From Mobula hypostoma (Eukaryota): DNA of 64,000 nucleotides. Below, one piece after another: positions 56,501-64,000 of this stretch. The notes below the pieces were generated by a model. That model had not been told where the DNA came from. It saw only the letters and a program-made list of their open reading frames with translations, and searched no databases. The stretch is from assembly GCF_963921235.1 (NCBI RefSeq), contig NC_086108.1:116252001-116316000 (forward strand), given 5' to 3'. Every line of letters begins with the position of its first letter. The stretch's first letter is position 1. A program made the translations under genes and the position numbers.

Positions 56501-59500
56501 TTTCAGAGACACCCAGGGATGTGGGGTGATGGGTTTCAGAGACACACAGGGTTGTGGGGTGATGGAGAGGTTCAGAGACACCCAGGGATGTGGGGTGATG
56601 GTCGCTTTCAGAGACACAGAGGGATGTGGGGTTATGGTGCGTTTCAGAGAGACACAGGGATGTGGGGTGATGAGTTTCAGAGACTCACTGGGGTGTGGGC
56701 TGATGGTGTGTTTCAGAGACACACAGGGATGTGGGGTGATGGCGTTCAGAGACATACAGGGATGTGGGGTTATGGTGGGTTTCAGAGACACACAGGGATA
56801 TGGGGTTCTGGGTTTCAGAGACACACAGGGATGTGGGGTGATGGAGAGTTTCAGAGACACTCAGGGATGTGGGGTGATGGGTTTCCGAGAAATACAGGGA
56901 TGTGGGTTGGTGGTGGGTTTCAGAGACACACAGGGATGTGGGGTGATCGTGGGTTTCAGAGACACACAGGGATGTGGGGTGATGGGTTTGAGACATACAG
57001 GGATGTGGGGTGATGGGTTTCACAGGCATACAGAGATGTGGGGTGATGGAGGGTTTCAGAGACACACAGGGATGTGGGCAGATGGAGGGTTTCAGAGACA
57101 CACTGGGATTGTGAGGTGATGGTGGGTTTCAGAGACACACAGGGATGTGGGCAGATGGAGGGTTTCAGAGACACACAGGGATGTGAGGTGATCGTGGGTT
57201 TCAGAGAAACACAGGGATGTGGGGTGATGGTGGGTTTCAGAGTCACACAGGGATTTGGGGTGATGGGTTTCCTAGACACACAGGGATGTGGGGTTGTTGG
57301 TTTCAGAGACACACAGGGATGTGGGGTGATGGTGGGTTTCAGAGACACACAGGGATGTCGGGTGATGGGTTTCAGAGACACACAGCGATGTGGGATGATG
57401 GTCGGTTTCAGAGACACCCAGGGATGTGGGGTGATGGTCGCTTTCAGAGACACAGAGTGATGTGGGGTTATGGTGCGTTTCAGAGAGACACAGGGATGTG
57501 GGGTGATGAGTTTCAGCGACTCACTGGGGTGTGGGCTGATGGTGTGTTTCAGAGACACACAGGGATGTGGGGTGATGGCGTTCAGAGACATACAGGGATG
57601 TGGGGTTATGGTGGGTTTCAGAGACACACAGGGATATGGGGTTCTGGGTTTCAGAGACACACAGGGATGTGGGGTGATGGAGAGTTTCAGAGACACTCAG
57701 GGATGTGGGGTGATGGGTTTCCGAGAAATACAGGGATGTGGGTTGGTGGTGGGTTTCAGAGACACACAGGGATGTGGGGTGATGGTGAGTTTCAGAGACA
57801 CTCAGGGATGTGGGGTGATGGACAATTTCCGCGACACACAGTTATGTGGTGTGATCGTGGGTTTCAGAGACACACAGGGCTGTGGGGTGATGGGTTTGAG
57901 ACATACAGGGATGTGGGGTGATGGGTTTCACAGGCATACAGAGATGTGGGGTGATGGAGGGTTTCAGAGACACACAGGGATGTGGGCAGATGGAGGGTTT
58001 CAGAGACACACTGGGATTGTGAGGTGATGGTGGGTTTCAGAGACACAAAGGGATGTGGGAAGATGGAGGGTTTCAGAGACACACAGGGATGTGAGGTGAT
58101 CGTGGGTTTCAGAGAAACACAGGGATGTGGGGTGATGGTGGGTTTCAGAGACACACAGGGATGTGGGGTGATGGCGTTCAGTGACACACAGGGTTGTGGG
58201 GTATGGTGGGTTTCTGAGACACACAGGGATGTGGGGTGATCGGTTTCAGAGACACACAGGGATGTGGTGTGATGGAGAGTTTCAGAGACACACAGGGATG
58301 TGGGATGATGGGTTTCAGAGACACCTAGGGATGTGGGGTGATGGGTTTCAGAGACACACAGGGTTGTGGGGTGATGGAGAGGTTGAGAGACACACAGGGA
58401 TGTGGGGTGATGGCTTTCAGAGACACACAGGGATGTGGGCAGATGGAGGGATTCAGAGACACACAGGGATGTGGGGTGTTGGTGGGTTTCAGAGACACAC
58501 AGGGATGTCGGGTGATGGTGGGTTTCAGAGACACAAGGATGTGGGGTGATGCTGGGTTTCAGAGACACACAGAGATGTGGGGGTGATGGGTTTCAGAGAA
58601 ACACAGGTATGTAGGGTGATGGAGGGTTTCAGAGACAACACAGTGATGTAGTGTGATGGGTTTCAGACACATAAAGGGATGTGGTGTGATGGGTTTCAGA
58701 GACACACAGGGATGTGAGGTGATGGTGGGTTTCAGAGACACACAGGGATGTGGGGTGATGGGTTTCAGAGACACACAGGGATGTGGGCATATGGAGGGTT
58801 TCAGAGACACACAGGGATGTGGGGTGATGGTGGGTTTCAGAGTCACACAGGGATGTGGGGTGATGGCGTTCAGAGACACACAGGGATGTGGGGTGATGAG
58901 TTCCAGAGACTCACTGGGGTGTGGGCTGATGGTGTGTTTCAGAGACACACAGGGATGTGGGGTGATGGTGGGTTTCAGAGTCACACAGGGATGTGGGGTG
59001 ATGGCGTTCAGAGACACACAGGGATGTGGAGTGATGGTGGGTTTCAGAGACACACAGGGATGTGGGGTGATGGGTTTCAGAGACACACAGGGATGTGGTG
59101 TGATGGAGAGTTTCAGAGACACACAGGGATGTGGGATGATGGGTTTCAGAGACACCCAGGGATGTGGGGTGATGGGTTTCAGAGACACACAGGGTTGTGG
59201 GGTGATGGAGAGGTTCAGAGACATACAGGGATGTGGGGTGATGGGTTTCAGAGACACACAGGGATGTGGGGTGATGGATTTGAGACATACATGGATGTGG
59301 GGTGATGGGTTTCGGAGACACACAGAGATGTGGGGTTATGCTGGGTTTCGGAGACACACAGGGATATGGTGTTCTGGGTTTCAGAGACACACAGGGATGT
59401 GGGGTGATGGGTTTGAGACATACAGGGATGTGGGGTGATGGGTTTCAGAGACACACAGGGATATGGGGTTCTGGGTTTCAGAGACACACAGGGATGTGGG

Positions 59501-62049
59501 GTGATGGAGAGTTTCAGAGACACAAAGGGATGTGGGGTGATGGGTTTCAGAGACACACAGGGATGTGGTGTGATGGAGAGTTTCAGAGACACACAGGGAT
59601 GTGGGATGATGGATTTCAGAGACACCCAGGGATGTGGGGTGATGGAGAGTTTCAGAGACATACAGGGATGTGGGGTGATGGGTTTCAGAGACACACAGGG
59701 ATGTGGGGTTATGCTGGGTTTCGGAGACACACAGGGATATGGGGTTCTGGGTTTCAGAGACACACAGGGATGTGGGGTGATGGGTTTGAGACATACAGGG
59801 ATGTGGGGTGATGGGTTTCAGAGACACACAGGGATGTGGAGTGATGGTCGCTTTCAGAGACACACAGGGATGTGGGGTTATGGTGGGTTTCAGAGAGACA
59901 CAGCGATGTGGGGTGATGAGTTTCAGAGACTCACTGGGGTGTGGGCTGATGGTGTGTTTCAGAGACACACAGGGATGTGGGGTGATGGTGGGTTTCAGAG
60001 TCACACAGGGATTTGGGGTGATGGGTTTCCTAGACACACAGGGATGTGGGGTTGTTGGTTTCAGAGACACACAGGGATGTGGGGTGATGGTGGGTTTCAG
60101 AGACACACAGGGATGTCGGGTGATGGGTTTCAGAGACACACAGCGATGTGGGATGATGGTCGGTTTCAGAGACACCCAGGGATGTGGGGTGATGGTCGCT
60201 TTCAGAGACACAGAGGGATGTGGGGTTATGGTGCGTTTCAGAGAGACACAGGGATGTGGGGTGATGAGTTTCAGAGACTCACTGGGGTGTGGGCTGATGG
60301 TGTGTTTCAGAGACACACAGGGATGTGGGGTGATGGCGTTCAGAGACATACAGGGATGTGGGGTTATGGTGGGTTTCAGAGACACACAGGGATATGGGGT
60401 TCTGGGTTTCAGAGACACACAGGGATGTGGGGTGATGGAGAGTTTCAGAGACACTCAGGGATGTGGGGTGATGGGTTTCCGAGAAATACAGGGATGTGGG
60501 TTGCTGGTGGGTTTCAGAGACACACAGGGATGTGGGGTGATCGTGGGTTTCAGAGACACACAGGGATGTGGGGTGATGGGTTTGAGACATACAGGGATGT
60601 GGGGTGATGGGTTTCACAGGCATACAGAGATGTGGGGTGATGGAGGGTTTCAGAGACACACAGGGATGTGGGCAGATGGAGGGTTTCAGAGACACACTGG
60701 GATTGTGAGGTGATGGTGGGTTTCAGAGACACACAGGGATGTGGGCAGATGGAGGGTTTCAGAGACACACAGGGATGTGAGGTGATCGTGGGTTTCAGAG
60801 AAACACAGGGATGTGGGGTGATGGTGGGTTTCAGAGACACACAGGGATGTGAGGTAATGGAGAGTTTCAGAGACACACAGGGATGTGGGCTGATGGGTTT
60901 CAGTGACACACAGGGATGTGGGCATATGGAGGGTCTCAGAGACACACAGGGATGTGAGGTGATGGTGGGTTTCAGAGAAACACAGGGATGTGGGGTGATG
61001 GGTTTCAGAGACACACAGGGATGTGAGGTGATGGGTTTCATAGACACACAGGGATGTGGGGTGATGGTGTTTTTCCTAAACACACAGGGATGCGGGGTGA
61101 TCAAGATTTCAAGAGACACACAGGGACGTGGGGTGATTGTGTGTTTCAGAGGCACCCAGGTATGTGGGGTGATGGGTTTCAGAGAAACACAGGGATGTGG
61201 GGTGATGGTGGGTTTCAGAGACACACAGGGATGTGGGGTGATGGGTTTCAGAGACACACAGTGATGTGGGATGATGGTCAGTTTCAGAGACACCCAGGGA
61301 TGTGGGGTTATTGTGGGTTTCAGAGAAACACAGGGATGTGGGGTGATGGGTTTCCGTGTCACACAGGGATGTGTCATGATGGTGGGTTTCAGAGTCACTC
61401 ACGGATGTGGGGTGATGGATTTCAGAGACACACAGGTATGTGAGGTGATGGGTTTCATAGACACACAGGGATGTGGGGTGATGGTGTTTTTCCGAGACAC
61501 ACAGGGATGCGGGGTTATCGAGATTTTCAGAGACACACAGGGACGTGGGATGATTGTGTGTTTCAGAGGCACCCAGGGATGTCGGGTGATGGGTTTCAGG
61601 GAAACACAGGGATGTGGAGTGATGGTGGGTTTCAGAGACACACAGGGATGTGGGGTGATGGGTTTCAGAGACACACAGCGATGTGGGATGATGGTCGGTT
61701 TCAGAGACACCCAGGGCTGTGGGGTTATGGTGGGGTTATGGTGGGTTTCAGAGAGACACAGGGATGTCGGGTGATGAGTTTCAGAGGCTCACTGGGGTGT
61801 GGGCTGATGGTGTGTTTCAGAGACACACAGGGATGTGGGGTGATGGTGGGTTTCAGAGTCACACAGGGATGTGGGGTGATGGCGTTCAGAGACACACAGG
61901 GATGTGGGGTGATGGTGGGTTTCAGAGACACACAGGGATATGGGGTGATGGGTTTCAGAGACACACAGGGATGTGGTGTGATGGAGAGTTTCAGAGACAC
62001 ACAGGGATGTGGGATGATGGGTTTCAGAGACACACAGGGATGTGGTGTG

Positions 62050-62900
62050 ATGGAGAGTTTCAGAGACACACAGGGATGTGGGATGATGGGTTTCAGAGAC
62101 ACCCAGGGATGTGGGGTGATGGGTTTCAGAGACACACAGGGTTGTGGGGTGATGGAGAGGTTCAGAGATATACAGGGATGTGGGGTGATGGGTTTCAGAG
62201 ACACACAGTGATGTGGGGTGATGGATTTGAGACATACATGGATGTGGGGTGATGGGTTTCGGAGACACACAGAGATGTGGGGTTATGCTGGGTTTCGGAG
62301 ACACACAGGGATATGGGGTTCTGGGTTTCAGAGACACACAGGGATGTGGGGTGATGGGTTTGAGACATACAGGGATGTGGGGTGATGGGTTTCAGAGACA
62401 CACAGGGATATGGGGTTCTGGGTTTCAGAGACACACAGGGATGTGGGGTGATGGAGAGTTTCAGAGATACACAGGGATATGGGGTGATGGGTTTCAGAGA
62501 CACACAGGGATGTGGTGTGATGGAGAGTTTCAGAGACACACAGGGATTTGGGATGATGGGTTTCAGAGACACCCAGGGATGTGGGGTGATGGGTTTCAGA
62601 GACACACAGGGTTGTGGGGTGATGGAGAGGTTCAGAGACATACAGGGATGTGGGGTGATGGGTTTCAGAGACACACAGGGATGTGGGGTGATGGATTTGA
62701 GACATACATGGATGTGGGGTGATGGGTTTCGGAGACACACAGAGATGTGGGGTTATGCTGGGTTTCGGAGACACACAGGGATATGGGGTTCTGGGTTTCA
62801 GAGACACACAGGGATGTGGGGTGATGGGTTTGAGACATACAGGGATGTGGGGTGATGGGTTTCAGAGACACACAGGGATATGGGGTTCTGGGTTTCAGAG
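62050..62900 (+). repeat. Short duplication at 470-bp offset
   Basis: ORFs at 62249 and 62719 begin identically. GGATTTGAGACATACATGG followed by TTATGCTGGGTTTCGGAG recurs 470 bp apart. Confidence 0.8.
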
Positions 62901-64000
62901 ACACACAGGGATGTGGAGTGATGGTCGCTTTCAGAGACACACAGGGATGTGGGGTGATGGAGGTTTTCAGAGACAACACAGTGATGTAGTGTGATGGGTT
63001 TCAGAGACACCCAGGGATGTGGGGTCATGGGTTTCAGAGACACACAGGGTTGTGGGGTAATGGAGAGGTTCAGAGACACACAGGGATGTGGGGTGATGGG
63101 TTTCAGAGAAACACTGGGATGTACGGTGATGGACGGTTTCAGAGACAACACAGTGATGTAGTGTGATGGGTTTCAGAGACATACAGGTATGTGGGGTGAT
63201 GGAGGGTTTCAGAGACACACAGCGATATGGGGTGATGCTGGGTTTCAGAGACATACAGGGATGTGGGGAGATAGACGGTTTCAGAGACACACAGGGATGT
63301 GGGGTGATGGGTTTGAGACATACAGGGATGTGGGGTGATGGGTTTCACAGGCATACAGAGATGTGGGGTGATGGAGGGTTTCAGAGACACACAGGGATGT
63401 GGGCAGATGGAGGGTTTCAGAGACACACTGGGATTGTGAGGTGATGGTGGGTTTCAGAGACACACAGGGATGTGGGCAGATGGAGGGTTTCAGAGACACA
63501 CAGGGATGTGAGGTGATCGTGGGTTTCAGAGAAACACAGGGATGTGGGGTGATGGTGGGTTTCAGAGACACACAGGGATGTGAGGTAATGGAGAGTTTCA
63601 GAGACACACAGGGATGTGGGGTGATGGGTTTCAGTGACACACAGGGATGTGGGCATATGGAGGGTCTCAGAGACACACAGGGATGTGAGGTGATGGTGGG
63701 TTTCAGAGAAACACAGGGATGTGGGGTGATGGGTTTCAGAGACACACAAGGATGTGAGGTGATGGGTTTCATAGACACACAGGGATGTGGGGTGATGGTG
63801 TTTTTCCTAAACACACAGGGATGCGGGGTGATCAAGATTTCAAGAGACACACAGGGACGTGGGGTGATTGTGTGTTTCAGAGGCACCCAGGGATGTGGGG
63901 TGATGGGTTTCAGAGAAACACAGGGATGTGGGGTGATGGTGGGTTTCAGAGACACACAGGGATGTGGGGTGATGGGTTTCAGAGACACACAGTGATGTGG

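Larger units (their letters stand above)
1..64000 (+). repeat. Tandem repeat array (mini/satellite) of 33/36-bp monomers, consensus [GGA/GGT]GGGTTTCAGAGACACACAGGGATGTGGGGTGAT, ~1,850 units, single orientation
   Basis: The motif is visible in every line from first to last. The 33-mer is G14 A8 T7 C4 with no CpG. All ORF translations are 11/12-aa repeats (MWGDGFQRHTG, GFRDTQGCGVM, HPCVSLKPIT, HPTSLCVSET). No unique flank and no strand switch were seen. Confidence 0.99.
47401..64000 (+). repeat. Array domain III: units arranged in ~2-kb higher-order blocks
   Basis: Diagnostic variants are TTTTCCTAAA, ATATGGGGTTCTGGG, TTTCCGAGAAATACAGGGATGTGGGTTG and GGTCGCTTTC, with abundant 31-bp TTTGAGACATAC units. 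No GGACCCTTTCTGAG unit was seen. Confidence 0.8.

Noticed and set aside
44000..60510. Chi sites GCTGGTGG at 44000 and 60503, and GTGGGCAG resembling the Jeffreys minisatellite core
   Set aside because: These are one- or two-base variants of the consensus, expected by chance among ~1,850 units.
1..64000. CRISPR array (33-36 bp repeats)
   Set aside because: Units abut directly with no unique spacers, the repeat is not palindromic, and there is no leader or cas gene.
1..64000. Protein-coding genes from the ORF track (mucin-like, His-rich or Cys-containing repeats)
   Set aside because: Four overlapping frames are open simply because the unit lacks stops in them. Frameshifting units recur every 0.3-2.5 kb and there are no unique domains.
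1..64000. C2H2 zinc-finger or PRDM9-type coding array
   Set aside because: The period is 33/36 bp, not 84 bp, and there is no CxxC...HxxxH pattern or TGEKP linker.
1..64000. Immunoglobulin switch region
   Set aside because: GGGGT pentamers and G-skew are present, but AGCT/GAGCT AID hotspots are essentially absent (one seen near 29238) and the array is far longer than typical switch regions.
1..64000. Telomeric repeat, transposon termini or inversion
   Set aside because: No TTAGGG-type run, terminal inverted repeat, target-site duplication, poly(A) tail or reverse-orientation unit was seen.

Overview
The whole 64 kb window is one uninterrupted, head-to-tail G-rich tandem repeat array (minisatellite/satellite DNA) that runs off both ends. 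I found no unique sequence, genuine gene, RNA gene, transposon, inversion or CRISPR spacer. The monomer is GGGTTTCAGAGACACACAGGGATGTGGGGTGAT (33 bp), mixed with a 36-bp form carrying an extra GGA or GGT. That gives roughly 1,850 units, estimated as 64,000 divided by about 34.5. The many ORFs are a by-product of the unit: it is a multiple of 3 and lacks stops in 4 of 6 frames. The real structure is a variant-repeat code: (i) three domains with different diagnostic variants (~1-33 kb, ~33-47 kb, ~47-64 kb); (ii) recent multi-kb block duplications (offsets 3044, 3833/3834, 4386, ~5286, 1821, 1940, 2032 bp); (iii) a recurring punctuation unit GGACCCTTTCTGAGACTCACTGGGG, of which I counted 34 copies, all left of 40.4 kb; and (iv) one indel-rich patch at ~19.7-20.0 kb that may be an assembly artefact. 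A eukaryotic, probably vertebrate, source is an inference only. I cannot support a novel protein-coding system here. All counts and block boundaries were made by eye and are approximate.
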